A stretch of 64,000 nt of DNA from an uncultured Microbacterium sp. (GTDB lineage: Bacteria > Actinomycetota > Actinomycetes > Actinomycetales > Microbacteriaceae): assembly GCF_963521645.1 (NCBI RefSeq), contig NZ_CAUQVQ010000001.1, positions 32,405 through 96,404 of the forward strand, read 5' to 3'. Both the position numbers and the translations under genes were made by a program. Under the pieces are notes generated by a model. It did not search any database. It saw only the letters and a program-made list of their open reading frames with translations, and was not told the DNA's origin. This document shows, in pieces, positions 8,673 to 17,966 of the stretch. Each line of letters opens with the position of its first letter. Position 1 is the first letter of the stretch.

Positions 8673-10036
8673 CGGATGACGTCGAAGTCGGCGCCGAGTG
8701 CGTCGAGCTTGGCGAGGAACTTCTCGTATCCGCGGCTGAGGATGTCGACGCCCGAGACCTTCGACTCGCCTTCAGCCGTCAGTGCGGCGATCACGTGGCT
8801 GTAGCCACCGCGGAGGTCGGGCACCACGATGTCGGCGCCGTGCAACGGCGTCGGTCCCGTGATCACGGCCGCCTGCTCGAGGTCGCGACGCGGCACCCGT
8901 CGGGGTCCGTCCTGCAGCCCCCTCGGGTGCACGACGATGTCGGCGCCCATCTTGACCAGCGCCTCGGTGAAGCCCATGCGGTTCTCGTACACCGTCTCGT
9001 GCACGACGGAGCGGCCGTTCGCCTGAGTGAGAGCCACCACGAGCGGCTGCTGCCAGTCGGTCATGAAGCCCGGGTGCACATCGGTCTCGACGATGACCGG
9101 CTTGAGCTCGCCCTCGCGCCGGAAGAGGATCCCGTCCTCCTGGATGTCGAACCATCCGCCGGCCTTGCGGAAGACGTTGAGGAACGTGAGCATCTCCTGC
9201 TGCTTGGCACCGCCGACGAAGATCTCTCCGTCCGTGGCCAGCGCCGCGGAGGCCCATGACGCGGCCTCGTTGCGATCGAAGATCGACCGGTGGTCGTATC
9301 CGCGGAGCTTCTCGACGCCCTCGATCAGGATCACCCGGTTCGGCTCGTAGGAGATGATCGCGCCCATCTTCTGGAGCACCGCGATCAGATCCATGATCTC
9401 GGGTTCGATGGCCGCGTTGCGAAGCTCGGTCGTCCCCTCCGCCCGCACTGCGGTCAGCAGCACCTGCTCGGTGGCCCCGACGCTCGGGTACGGCAGGTGG
9501 ATCTTCGCGCCGTGCAGGCGCGCTTCTCCGGTGGAGAGGCGGATGCCGCTCGGCAGCTTCTCGACGATCGCGCCGAACTTGCGGAGCGCGTCGAGGTGGA
9601 AGTCGATCGGTCGGTCCCCGATACGGCAACCGCCGAGATCAGGGATGAACGCCTGCCCGAGACGATGCAGGAGCGGGCCGCAGAACAGGATCGGGATGCG
9701 AGAGGCACCCGCGTGGGCGTCGATCTCCTCGAAGTGCGCCGATTCGACGCCCGCGGGGTCGAACACCAGCGCGCCAGGCTCGTCGCCCGGGTTCACCTGC
9801 ACACCGTGCACTTCGAGCAGCGAGCGCACGACGGCGACATCGCTGAGATCGGGGACGTCGCGCAGCGTGCTCGCCGTCTCACCCAGGAGGGTGGCGACCA
9901 TCGCCTTCGTCGCGAGGTTCTTCGCGCCCTTGACGTCGACGCGTCCGCGAAGCGGACGCCCTCCGCGAATGGCGAGGACGTCTCCGGTGAGAGCGGGTGC
10001 TCCGTCGGGGAGAGCGTCGCGCACGGGTGTCGTCAT
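8669..10036 (-). CDS. murA: UDP-N-acetylglucosamine 1-carboxyvinyltransferase
   Basis: 455 aa from ATG 10034-10036 (MTTPVRDALPDGAP...LAIRGGRPLRGRVDVKGAKN). EPSP-synthase/MurA fold motifs are present throughout. The upstream 181 codons of the track ORF are out-of-frame read-through across leuD. Confidence 0.93.
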   Translation of the reverse strand: MTTPVRDALPDGAPALTGDVLAIRGGRPLRGRVDVKGAKNLATKAMVATLLGETASTLRDVPDLSDVAVVRSLLEVHGVQVNPGDEPGALVFDPAGVESAHFEEIDAHAGASRIPILFCGPLLHRLGQAFIPDLGGCRIGDRPIDFHLDALRKFGAIVEKLPSGIRLSTGEARLHGAKIHLPYPSVGATEQVLLTAVRAEGTTELRNAAIEPEIMDLIAVLQKMGAIISYEPNRVILIEGVEKLRGYDHRSIFDRNEAASWASAALATDGEIFVGGAKQQEMLTFLNVFRKAGGWFDIQEDGILFRREGELKPVIVETDVHPGFMTDWQQPLVVALTQANGRSVVHETVYENRMGFTEALVKMGADIVVHPRGLQDGPRRVPRRDLEQAAVITGPTPLHGADIVVPDLRGGYSHVIAALTAEGESKVSGVDILSRGYEKFLAKLDALGADFDVIR

Positions 10037-10100
10037 TCGGGCCTCACTTCGTTCAGGGGAATCGGGGCGGGTCGCCCCTTCGGCTCCCCCGCCCCGCCGT

Positions 10101-10697
10101 TCACTGAACGGGAAGGGTGCGGGGCCGCCACGACTCGCGACGGGCCTCGAACTGAGCGATCTTGTCTTCGTTGCGCAGTGTGAGCCCGATGTCATCGAGC
10201 CCTTCGAGGAGCCGCCATCTAGTGTAATCGTCGATACCGAGGTCAGCCTGGATGTCGCCGATCGACGCGATCCTCGCCTCGAGGTCGACGGTGATCCGAG
10301 TCCCGGGATTCCGCTCGATCTCGGCCCAGAAGCGCTCCAGATCCTCTTCCGAGATCGTTGCGGCGAGCAGGCCCTGCTTACCCGAGTTCCCGCGGAAGAT
10401 GTCCGCGAAGCGCGGGCTGAGGACGACGCGGAAGCCGAAGTCCCGCAGCGCCCACACGGCGTGCTCGCGGCTCGATCCGGTGCCGAAATCGGGGCCGGTG
10501 ACCAGCACCGAGGCACCCTGGAACGCCGGCTGGTTGAGCACGAAATCGGGATCCTGTCGCCATTCGGAGAAGAGAGCATCCTCGAAGCCGGTCTTCGTGA
10601 CCCGCTTGAGGAACACGGCGGGGATGATCTGGTCCGTGTCGACGTTCGAGCGCTTCAGCGGCGCTGCGATACCGGTGTGCGTGGTGAACTTCTCCAT
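10101..10697 (-). CDS. leuD: 3-isopropylmalate dehydratase small subunit
   Basis: 198 aa starting [29 protein letters not shown] overlaps the leuC stop (ATGA). Confidence 0.95.
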   Translation of the reverse strand: MEKFTTHTGIAAPLKRSNVDTDQIIPAVFLKRVTKTGFEDALFSEWRQDPDFVLNQPAFQGASVLVTGPDFGTGSSREHAVWALRDFGFRVVLSPRFADIFRGNSGKQGLLAATISEEDLERFWAEIERNPGTRITVDLEARIASIGDIQADLGIDDYTRWRLLEGLDDIGLTLRNEDKIAQFEARRESWRPRTLPVQ

Positions 10698-12178
10698 CAG
10701 AGGGCTCCGTCCGTGATCGACCCCGCGGTGACGGGTTCTTCGTTCGACAGGTCGCTCGGGCTCGACAGCGTGCCACGGATCGCCGTGGCGGCCGCGACGA
10801 GAGGCGACACGAGGTGCGTGCGTCCCCCCTTCCCCTGTCGTCCCTCGAAGTTGCGGTTCGAGGTCGACGCGCAGCGTTCGCCGGGGGCGAGCTGATCGGG
10901 GTTCATGCCGAGACACATCGAGCACCCGGCGAATCGCCACTCGGCACCGAAGTCCTTGATCACCTGGTCGAGGCCCTCCGCCTCCGCCTCGAGACGCACT
11001 CGAGCCGATCCAGGCACGACCATGACGCGCACGCCGTCGGCCTTCTTCTTGCCCTTCACGATCGATGCGAAAGCGCGCAGGTCTTCGATGCGACTGTTGG
11101 TGCACGAGCCCATGAACACCGCGTCGACCGGCACCTCCTTGAGCGGGGTGCCCGGCGTCAGATCCATGTACTCGAGCGCGCGCTCGGCCGCTGCACGCTC
11201 ATTGGCGTCGGCGATCTCGGCCGGGTCGGGCACCGCAGCCGACAGTGAGCTGCCCTGTCCGGGATTCGTGCCCCACGTCACGAAGGGTTCGAGCTCATCG
11301 GCGTCGATGAAGACCTCGGCGTCGAACGTCGCGCCCTCGTCGGTGGGGAGCGTCCGCCAGTAGGCGACCGCGTCGTCCCAGTCCTGCCCCTTCGGCGCGT
11401 GCGGGCGACCCTTCAGATACTCGAACGTCGTCTCGTCGGGAGCGACCATGCCCGCGCGGGCGCCGGCCTCGATCGACATGTTGCAGATCGTCATCCGACC
11501 CTCCATCGACAGCGCACGGATCGCGCTCCCGCGGAACTCCAGCACGTATCCCTGACCGCCACCCGTGGTGATCTTCGCGATCACCGCGAGGATGATGTCC
11601 TTCGCGGTGACTCCGGGACGCAGTGTGCCCTCGACGTTGATCGCCATCGTCTTGAACGGCTTCAGCGGCAGGGTCTGGGTCGCCATGACGTGCTCGACCT
11701 CGCTCGTGCCGATGCCGAACGCCATGGCGCCGAAGGCACCGTGGGTCGAGGTGTGCGAGTCGCCGCATACCACCGTGATGCCGGGCATCGTGAGCCCCAA
11801 CTGCGGCCCCACGACGTGCACGATGCCCTGTTCGGCGTCGCCGAGCGAGTGCAGCCGGACGCCGAACTCTGCCGCATTGCGGCGAAGGGTCTCGATCTGC
11901 GTGCGGCTCGTGAGGTCGGCGATCGGCTTGTCGATGTCCCACGTGGGGGTGTTGTGGTCTTCCGTGGCGATCGTCAGGTCGAGTCGGCGCAGCGGGCGCC
12001 CCTCCGACCGGAGGCCGTCGAATGCCTGCGGACTCGTGACCTCGTGCACGAGATGCAGGTCGATGTAGATGAGATCCGGCTCACCGTTCTCGCCCTTGAC
12101 GACGAGGTGGTCGTCCCAGACCTTCTCGGCGAGGGTCCGGGGACGTGCGGGAGCGGTGTCTGCTGCGGGGGTGTTCAT
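10697..12178 (-). CDS. leuC: 3-isopropylmalate dehydratase large subunit
   Basis: 493 aa from ATG 12176-12178. Aconitase-family cluster ligand motifs are present: [24 protein letters not shown] and [10 protein letters not shown]. Confidence 0.95.
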   Translation of the reverse strand: MNTPAADTAPARPRTLAEKVWDDHLVVKGENGEPDLIYIDLHLVHEVTSPQAFDGLRSEGRPLRRLDLTIATEDHNTPTWDIDKPIADLTSRTQIETLRRNAAEFGVRLHSLGDAEQGIVHVVGPQLGLTMPGITVVCGDSHTSTHGAFGAMAFGIGTSEVEHVMATQTLPLKPFKTMAINVEGTLRPGVTAKDIILAVIAKITTGGGQGYVLEFRGSAIRALSMEGRMTICNMSIEAGARAGMVAPDETTFEYLKGRPHAPKGQDWDDAVAYWRTLPTDEGATFDAEVFIDADELEPFVTWGTNPGQGSSLSAAVPDPAEIADANERAAAERALEYMDLTPGTPLKEVPVDAVFMGSCTNSRIEDLRAFASIVKGKKKADGVRVMVVPGSARVRLEAEAEGLDQVIKDFGAEWRFAGCSMCLGMNPDQLAPGERCASTSNRNFEGRQGKGGRTHLVSPLVAAATAIRGTLSSPSDLSNEEPVTAGSITDGAL

Positions 12179-12365
12179 TGCGTCTCTCCTGAAGCTGGCG
12201 GTACGGCCCACGATGGACTCCGCGACGAGGAGGGGCTCAGAACGAGGTCTCGTCGCGGCCGCTAAGAAGGAGCACGATCCGCATGACGTCAGATTACCAC
12301 CGCTTCTGTGCACCGAGTCGCCGCGTGACACGCTACTGTCACCCGCACGTTCGAGAGGCACCCGC

Positions 12366-13661
12366 ATGACCGACGACTCCACCGGCTTCGCCACGAGAGC
12401 GGTCCATGCCGCCCGGAATCAGGGACCAGCGTCGTCGAGGGCGACGCCCATCTACCTCACGGCCGGATTCGAGTTCGACGACTTCGATCACGCCGCCGAG
12501 CACTTCGGCACCGGTTCGGGCTTCGGATACACCCGTACCGGAAACCCGACGGTGCACGCCGTCGAGCGGCAGCTCGCAGCGCTCGAGTCGGCTGCCGACG
12601 CGGTGCTCGTGGCGAGCGGCCAGGCAGCGGTCGTCACCGCTCTGCTGACTGTCGCCGGCGCAGGGGACCACATCGTCTCCTCGACGCACATCTACGAGGG
12701 GACCCGCGGACTCCTGCTCGACAATCTCGCGCGCCTGGGCATCGAGACGACGTTCATCGACGACATCGCCGACCCGCAGGCGTGGCGCGAGGCGATCCGC
12801 CCCACCACGCGCGCGCTGTTCGGAGAATCGATCGCGAATGCCCGCAACGACATCCTCGACATCGCTGCGGTGAGCGCGGTCGCCGATGAGTTCGCCGTCC
12901 CGCTGATCGTCGACAACACGCTCGCGACGCCCTTCCTGCTCCGTCCGCTCGAGCACGGAGCCGCGATGGTCGTGCACTCCGCCTCGAAGTTCCTCGCGGG
13001 CCACGGTTCCGTGCTCGGCGGCGTGATCCTCGACGACGGTCGCTTCGACGCCGAGGCAGCGGGCCACAACGCCCCGCATCTCGTGCTCCCGGGTCGCGGA
13101 GGGCTTGCGAGCGTGGCGTCCCGCCACGGAGGCAGCGCGCGCATCGCCTACGCCCGCGAATCGGTCGCTCCTCGTTTCGGTGCATCCCCCTCCCCTCTCA
13201 ATGCCTTCCTGATCGGGCAGGGCGCCGAGACGCTGGGCCTGCGGGTCGAGCGCCAGTCCCGCAACGCGCTCGAGATCGCTCGCTGGCTCGCCGCGCAGGA
13301 CGCGGTAGAGAGCGTCGACTATGTCGGCCTCGAGACGCATCCCGATCACCGCCTCGCCGAGAAGTACCTCGCCGGCGGGTATGGATCGATCTTCACCTTC
13401 ACCCTCCGTGGAGGGGTCGAGGCTGCTCGCGACTTCGTCGAGAGCGTCGAGGTCTTCACGCACATGACCCACATCGGCGACGTGCGCTCGCTGGTGCTGC
13501 ACCCCGCGACCACGAGCCATGCGCAGCGCACCCCCGAGCAGCGGGACGCCCTCGGAGTGCACCCGGGGACGCTCCGGCTGTCGGTCGGCGTCGAAGACGT
13601 CGCCGATCTCATCGCCGACCTCGCCAGGGTGCTCGAGCCGGCGCGAGAGGCCGTCGCGTGA
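12366..13661 (+). CDS. O-acetylhomoserine/O-succinylhomoserine sulfhydrylase family PLP enzyme (MetY-like)
   Basis: 431 aa from ATG 12366 ([16 protein letters not shown]...). Cys/Met-metabolism PLP fold with YTRTGNPT and the lysine motif [11 protein letters not shown]. Confidence 0.85.
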   Translation: MTDDSTGFATRAVHAARNQGPASSRATPIYLTAGFEFDDFDHAAEHFGTGSGFGYTRTGNPTVHAVERQLAALESAADAVLVASGQAAVVTALLTVAGAGDHIVSSTHIYEGTRGLLLDNLARLGIETTFIDDIADPQAWREAIRPTTRALFGESIANARNDILDIAAVSAVADEFAVPLIVDNTLATPFLLRPLEHGAAMVVHSASKFLAGHGSVLGGVILDDGRFDAEAAGHNAPHLVLPGRGGLASVASRHGGSARIAYARESVAPRFGASPSPLNAFLIGQGAETLGLRVERQSRNALEIARWLAAQDAVESVDYVGLETHPDHRLAEKYLAGGYGSIFTFTLRGGVEAARDFVESVEVFTHMTHIGDVRSLVLHPATTSHAQRTPEQRDALGVHPGTLRLSVGVEDVADLIADLARVLEPAREAVA

Positions 13662-14971
13662 CCCGGCCTCAGCACTTCGGCTGGTTCCTCGCCCGTGGTT
13701 TCGGGCCCCAGGGGTGGGGCTTTCCCTCACTGGAGTGGGACTACGACTGGACCCGACCCGAGGTGTACCAGGAGGCGGCCCGCGTTCTCGAGCAGGCGGG
13801 TTTCGATCTCGTCATCATCGAGGATGCGCCGTCGCTCGGTTCCGCGGACACGATCGACCTGCGTGTTCGCCATGCCTTCGGCGGGCCCAAGCACGATCCG
13901 CTGCTGCTCGCGCCGTACATCTTCCAGGCGACCCGGCACCTCGGTGTCGTGCCGACCGTGAACCCTGCGGCGTATCTGCCCTACACCGCGGCGCGGCAGT
14001 TCTCGACGCTCCAGCACCTGAGCGGTCACCGCCTCGGCCTGAACGTGGTGACGGACACCGGCAGCGCCCGGCACTTCTCTGCAGCGGAGCAGCTCGGACA
14101 CGACGCGGCCTACGACCGGGCGGAGGAATGGCTCACGGGCATCCGCTCGCTCTGGCGCAGCTGGGGCGACGGCGCGCTCGTGCGCGATCGGGAGACCGGC
14201 GTGTTCGCGGACGGGTCGAAGCTGCGCACCGTGAGACACCGAGGCGAGCACTTCGCGTTCGACGGCCCCCTGAACGCGGTGCCGTTCATCGACGGAGAGC
14301 CGACGATCGTGTCGCCGGGCGGATCGGGTCGCGGTCTCGGTTTCGCCGGCGCGCACTCCGATGTGCAGCTCGCGCTCGCGCCGCTGCACGAGGCATCCGT
14401 GCGCGCGTATCGCACGAGGATCCATGACGCCGCGATAGCGGCGGGACGTTCGCCCTCAGACATCAGGATCCTGTTCGCGATCCAGCCGGTGATCACGTCA
14501 TCGGCCGAAGAGGCCGACCGCATCGTGGCCGCGTCCGCTCACCCGGATGACGAGGCGCTCCTCCAGATCGCCCGCAAGCAGTCCAGCGATCTCGAGACCG
14601 ATCTGACGGCACTCGACCTCGACCGCCCGCTCGACGCATCCGTCTTCGGTGAGCACGTGTCGCGTGGCAGCATCCAGCGTCTGATCGGCGACCGTGGAGA
14701 GGATGCTCCCCTGCGGGCCCATCTCTCGGCCCTCGCCCGCGCCGGACGCATCTCGGATCGCTCGGGTTTCGTCGGCACGGCCGAGGAGTTCGCCGACATG
14801 ATCGAGGAGCTCGGCGAGTGGGGCAACGACGGCGTGCTGCTGTGGGGAGATTTCCACCCGGTCACTCTGCACCGCACGCTCGACGAACTCGTCCCGGTGC
14901 TGCGCCGCCGCGGCATCCTGCGTCGGGAGTACGTCGACGGAGGGCTGCAGGCGAACCTGCGGGCGTTCTGA
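13658..14971 (+). CDS. LLM-class FMN-dependent monooxygenase (NtaA/SnaA/DszA-like)
   Basis: 437 aa starting [21 protein letters not shown], typical of the NtaA/DszA subgroup of luciferase-like monooxygenases. GTG start overlaps the preceding stop (GTGA). Confidence 0.8.
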   Translation: MTRPQHFGWFLARGFGPQGWGFPSLEWDYDWTRPEVYQEAARVLEQAGFDLVIIEDAPSLGSADTIDLRVRHAFGGPKHDPLLLAPYIFQATRHLGVVPTVNPAAYLPYTAARQFSTLQHLSGHRLGLNVVTDTGSARHFSAAEQLGHDAAYDRAEEWLTGIRSLWRSWGDGALVRDRETGVFADGSKLRTVRHRGEHFAFDGPLNAVPFIDGEPTIVSPGGSGRGLGFAGAHSDVQLALAPLHEASVRAYRTRIHDAAIAAGRSPSDIRILFAIQPVITSSAEEADRIVAASAHPDDEALLQIARKQSSDLETDLTALDLDRPLDASVFGEHVSRGSIQRLIGDRGEDAPLRAHLSALARAGRISDRSGFVGTAEEFADMIEELGEWGNDGVLLWGDFHPVTLHRTLDELVPVLRRRGILRREYVDGGLQANLRAF

Positions 14972-14989
14972 CGCGCCCGCTGCGCCGCG

Positions 14990-15487
14990 TCACCAGCCCA
15001 TGGTGCCGGGCGATCCCTTGAACGGCCCGACCACGCGCGACGTGACCCAGCCGCCGTAGAACCCGCCAGGCTGCGCGGTGGCCACCTCGTCCCCGACCGT
15101 GCACTCGTCCATGGGGCCCGCATAGACGGCGACCCGATCGGCGAGCGCCTCGTACCCTCGCGAGGGATTCGGATAGTTCCACGCGGCTCCCGCGGCCACC
15201 AGGCCCCCGCCTCGCACGTCGAGATAGCGCGCCGCTCCCTTGAACTCGCAGAACGACGACCCCGTCGTGTCGGACAGCGCACCGTCGACGAAGTCCGACA
15301 TGGGCAGGTAGTACACGGGAGGGTGGCTCGTCTCGAGCACACGCATCGCACTCCGGGTGTCTGCGATCAGCTCGCCTCCCAGGCGGATCGTGACACGATC
15401 GGCCACGCGTTCGACCCTCGGCGGGCGCGGGTAGTCCCACACGGACTCCTGGCCGACGGAGGGGACGATGCGTGACGGTCTGCGCAT
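14990..15487 (-). CDS. DUF427 domain protein
   Basis: 165 aa from ATG 15485-15487. The ESVWDYPRPPRVE ... YYLP ... CEFKGAARY pattern is characteristic of DUF427. Confidence 0.75.
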   Translation of the reverse strand: MRRPSRIVPSVGQESVWDYPRPPRVERVADRVTIRLGGELIADTRSAMRVLETSHPPVYYLPMSDFVDGALSDTTGSSFCEFKGAARYLDVRGGGLVAAGAAWNYPNPSRGYEALADRVAVYAGPMDECTVGDEVATAQPGGFYGGWVTSRVVGPFKGSPGTMGW

Positions 15488-15523
15488 CTTCTCACTGTAC
15501 GTCTCGCGGTGTTGACTGGGACC

Positions 15524-16117
15524 ATGTCCGAGATTCCGATGTTCCCCCTCGGATCGGTGCTGTTCCCGCACACACCGCTCCCGTTGAGAGTGTTCGAGCC
15601 GCGCTACCTCACGATGATCGGTCGTCTCCTCGACGACGAGGATCCCGATTTCGGAGTGGTGCTCATCGAGCGCGGGCACGAAGTCGGCGGAGGCGATCTG
15701 CGCAGCCGCGTGGGCACCAAGGCCCGGCTCGTGAGCGTCACGGCCGCCGCCGACGCGCTGCAGATCGTCGCGGTGGGCACATCGCGCTTCACCGTCGAAC
15801 GCTGGACACAGGAGAATCCCCATCCGGCGGCTGACGTCGCCGTGACGCCGGAGCTGACCTGGAACGACGCGCTGAGTCCGCTGCGCACCGAAGCCGAAGC
15901 GATCGTGCGGCGCGTGCTCGCACGATCGGATTCGCAGTGGGACGCGGATGTCGAGCTCTCGAGCGATCCGCTCGCCGCGTCCTGGCAGCTCGCCGCGATC
16001 GCGCCTCTGGGCGAATACGACCGGTACACGCTCCTGCAGTCGACGACGACCGGTGGGCTGCTGCGTCAGATCATCGACATGACGCTCGACGTCGAGCTGT
16101 TGCGCTCGTCTCTGTGA
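15524..16117 (+). CDS. LON peptidase N-terminal (substrate-binding) domain protein
   Basis: MSEIPMFPLGSVLFPHTPLPLRVFEPRYL is the hallmark start of stand-alone Lon N-domain proteins. The track start is GTG 15509, so the start is uncertain by 5 codons. Confidence 0.75.
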   Translation: MSEIPMFPLGSVLFPHTPLPLRVFEPRYLTMIGRLLDDEDPDFGVVLIERGHEVGGGDLRSRVGTKARLVSVTAAADALQIVAVGTSRFTVERWTQENPHPAADVAVTPELTWNDALSPLRTEAEAIVRRVLARSDSQWDADVELSSDPLAASWQLAAIAPLGEYDRYTLLQSTTTGGLLRQIIDMTLDVELLRSSL

Positions 16118-16129
16118 ACCGCCGTCCCG

Positions 16130-17134
16130 CTAGTCGTGGACGATCGCCTTCTTCGCTGCCGACTTCTCGCGCGACGCCGCGATCAGGCTCGCCACCGTCG
16201 CCACGGTCATCGACACGATGATGACCCCGAGCGAGACGAGGTTGTCGATCTCGGGCACCCAGTCGACGTGCTGTCCGCCGTTGATGAACGGCAGTTCATT
16301 CTCATGGAGCGCGTGCAGGATCAGCTTGACGCCGATGAACCCGAGGATCACCGCGATGCCGTAATGCAGATAGCGCAGTCGGTCGAGCAGGTCGCCCAGC
16401 AGGAAGTAGAGCTGACGCAGACCCATGAGCGCGAAGATGTTGGCGGAGAAGACCAGGAACCCGTTCGTCGTGATCTCGAAGATCGCGGGGATCGAGTCGA
16501 TCGCGAAGATCAGGTCGGTCACGCCGATCGTGATGAACACGATGATCATCGGCGTCCACATGCGCTTGCCGTCGACGGTCGTCCGCAGCTTCGAGCCGTC
16601 GTACGTCTCGCTGATGTCGATGCGGCGCCTCAGCAGGCGGACGATGAAGTTCTCGGCCTTCATGTCGTCTTCATGCTCGCCCTCGGGCATCGCCTGCTTG
16701 ATCGCGGTGTAGATCAGGAAGGCGCCGAAGATGTAGAAGATCGGTGAGAAGTGCTCGATCACCGTCACACCGACGAGGATGAACGCGCCTCGCAGCACGA
16801 GCGCGATGATGATGCCGACCATCAGCACCTGCTGCTGCAGGCGTCGGGGCACCGCGAACTGCGCCATGATCAGCACGAACACGAACAGGTTGTCGATCGA
16901 GAGGCTGTATTCCAGCGCCCATCCCGTGATGAAGTCGCCGGCGTTGCGCCATCCTGCCACGTTCCCGAGGAGCACGGCGAAGAGCAGCGCGAGCCCGACA
17001 TAGAAGGCCACCCAGAGAGTGGACTCCTTGGTCGACGGGATGTGCGGACGGAGACGGACGAGCAGGAGGTCGGCGACCAGGATGATCGAGAGGACGATCA
17101 TCGAGGTGATCTCGAACCAGACAGGAATGTCCAA
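16130..17134 (-). CDS. TerC family integral membrane protein
   Basis: Multi-pass membrane protein with EYSLSIDNLFVF and two TerC repeat halves. I place the start at TTG 17132-17134 (LDIPVWFEITSMIV, the usual TerC N-terminus) after a GAAAGG SD. The track ORF extension to 17221 would overlap the riboswitch-like leader. Confidence 0.85.
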   Translation of the reverse strand: MDIPVWFEITSMIVLSIILVADLLLVRLRPHIPSTKESTLWVAFYVGLALLFAVLLGNVAGWRNAGDFITGWALEYSLSIDNLFVFVLIMAQFAVPRRLQQQVLMVGIIIALVLRGAFILVGVTVIEHFSPIFYIFGAFLIYTAIKQAMPEGEHEDDMKAENFIVRLLRRRIDISETYDGSKLRTTVDGKRMWTPMIIVFITIGVTDLIFAIDSIPAIFEITTNGFLVFSANIFALMGLRQLYFLLGDLLDRLRYLHYGIAVILGFIGVKLILHALHENELPFINGGQHVDWVPEIDNLVSLGVIIVSMTVATVASLIAASREKSAAKKAIVHD

Positions 17135-17179
17135 GGGTGCTCTGCACCTTTCGGGAGGGGTCGGATAACCGGAGGGTCG

Positions 17180-17292
17180 GAAAATGCCGAAAGTCTCTCC
17201 CACGCATGGAATGCGTCGCACGACCGGAGCAGCGGTGACGGTGCTCGTGATGACGGCGAGTGCGCTTGCGGGATACTCCCTCTCGCGTCCTC
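17180..17292 (-). promoter_or_regulatory. candidate yybP-ykoY type Mn2+ riboswitch in the TerC leader
   Basis: The minus-strand RNA reads CGAGAG-GGAGUAUCC ... GAGCA-N10-UGCUC ... ACGCAU-UCC-AUGCGU-GGGAGAGAC-UUUCG. The GGGAGUA and GGAGAGAC blocks, the closing helix CGAGAG/CUUUCG and the hairpin just before GGAGAGAC fit the class consensus. TerC genes are a classic target of this class. This is a by-eye match only. Confidence 0.55.
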
Positions 17293-17408
17293 GATCTTAG
17301 CCGAGCCGAGGCGTCATGGCGGCGTCGTCTCTACGATGGCGGATGCGATCTGAGACGATGGGGCATCATCCGACACTTCCCAGGTGAGAGATACCGAACG
17401 GAAACGGG

Positions 17409-17966
17409 ATGCCGGCGCAGACGAGTGATCAGAGACGGGTGGCACAGGCCGCGAACGGCGACGAGCGCGCCTTCCGCGAGTTGTACCGCGAGCATGTGCG
17501 TCCGGTCTACTGGATCGCGCACGGACTGCTCGGCTCCGCCGCCGATGCCGAGGACGTGACACAGGAGACGTTCGTCACGGCCTGGCGGAAGCTGCCGGGG
17601 CTCGAGCTGCAGGGCGAGTCACTCCTCCCCTGGCTCGCGACGATCTGTCGTTTCCAGGCCGCGAACCGCCTGCGGCAGCGCAGGCGTGACCGGTCGCACA
17701 CGACCGACGAGCCCGATGACGCCATACCTTCGACGATCGACGTGGAGGAGCAGGTGATCACCGCTGCACTGGCGGCACGGATCACGGCCGAGATCGGCAC
17801 CCTGAATGCCCTCGACCGCGAGATATTCCGCCTGTGCGCCACGGAAGGGTATGCGTACCAGGCTGCGGCCGAAGAACTCGGCGTGAGCCATGCCATCGTC
17901 CGGAACCGTCTCTCCCGAGTCCGCACCCGACTGCGCGGTGCTGTGAAGGAAGCGAGCGGCGCATGA
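17409..17966 (+). CDS. ECF-type RNA polymerase sigma-70 family factor
   Basis: 185 aa with region 2 (FRELYREHVRPVYWIAHGLLGSAADAEDVTQETF) and region 4 (LDREIFRLCATEGYAYQAAAEELGVSHAIVRNRLSRVR). Confidence 0.9.
   Translation: MPAQTSDQRRVAQAANGDERAFRELYREHVRPVYWIAHGLLGSAADAEDVTQETFVTAWRKLPGLELQGESLLPWLATICRFQAANRLRQRRRDRSHTTDEPDDAIPSTIDVEEQVITAALAARITAEIGTLNALDREIFRLCATEGYAYQAAAEELGVSHAIVRNRLSRVRTRLRGAVKEASGA

Noticed and set aside
8669-10579. Apparent 636-aa fusion ORF. Similar over-long track ORFs occur for rpmF, thiL, leuD, leuC, the metY-like gene, otsA, ilvN, ilvB, scoA, the IclR gene and miaA.
   Set aside because: In each case the N-terminal extension is R/P/S-rich, overlaps the neighbouring gene or RNA, and precedes an internal start. 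That internal start has a good SD and the canonical family N-terminus. I treated these as start-codon over-extension, not fusions.
12179-12365. SAM riboswitch or T-box ahead of the MetY-like gene, or a leucine leader ahead of leuC.
   Set aside because: I could not find the conserved cores of SAM-I or SAM-IV riboswitches, a T-box sequence, or a Leu-rich mini-ORF in either orientation. Only the GTGACA-N6-TGTCAC palindrome stands out, and it is reported separately.
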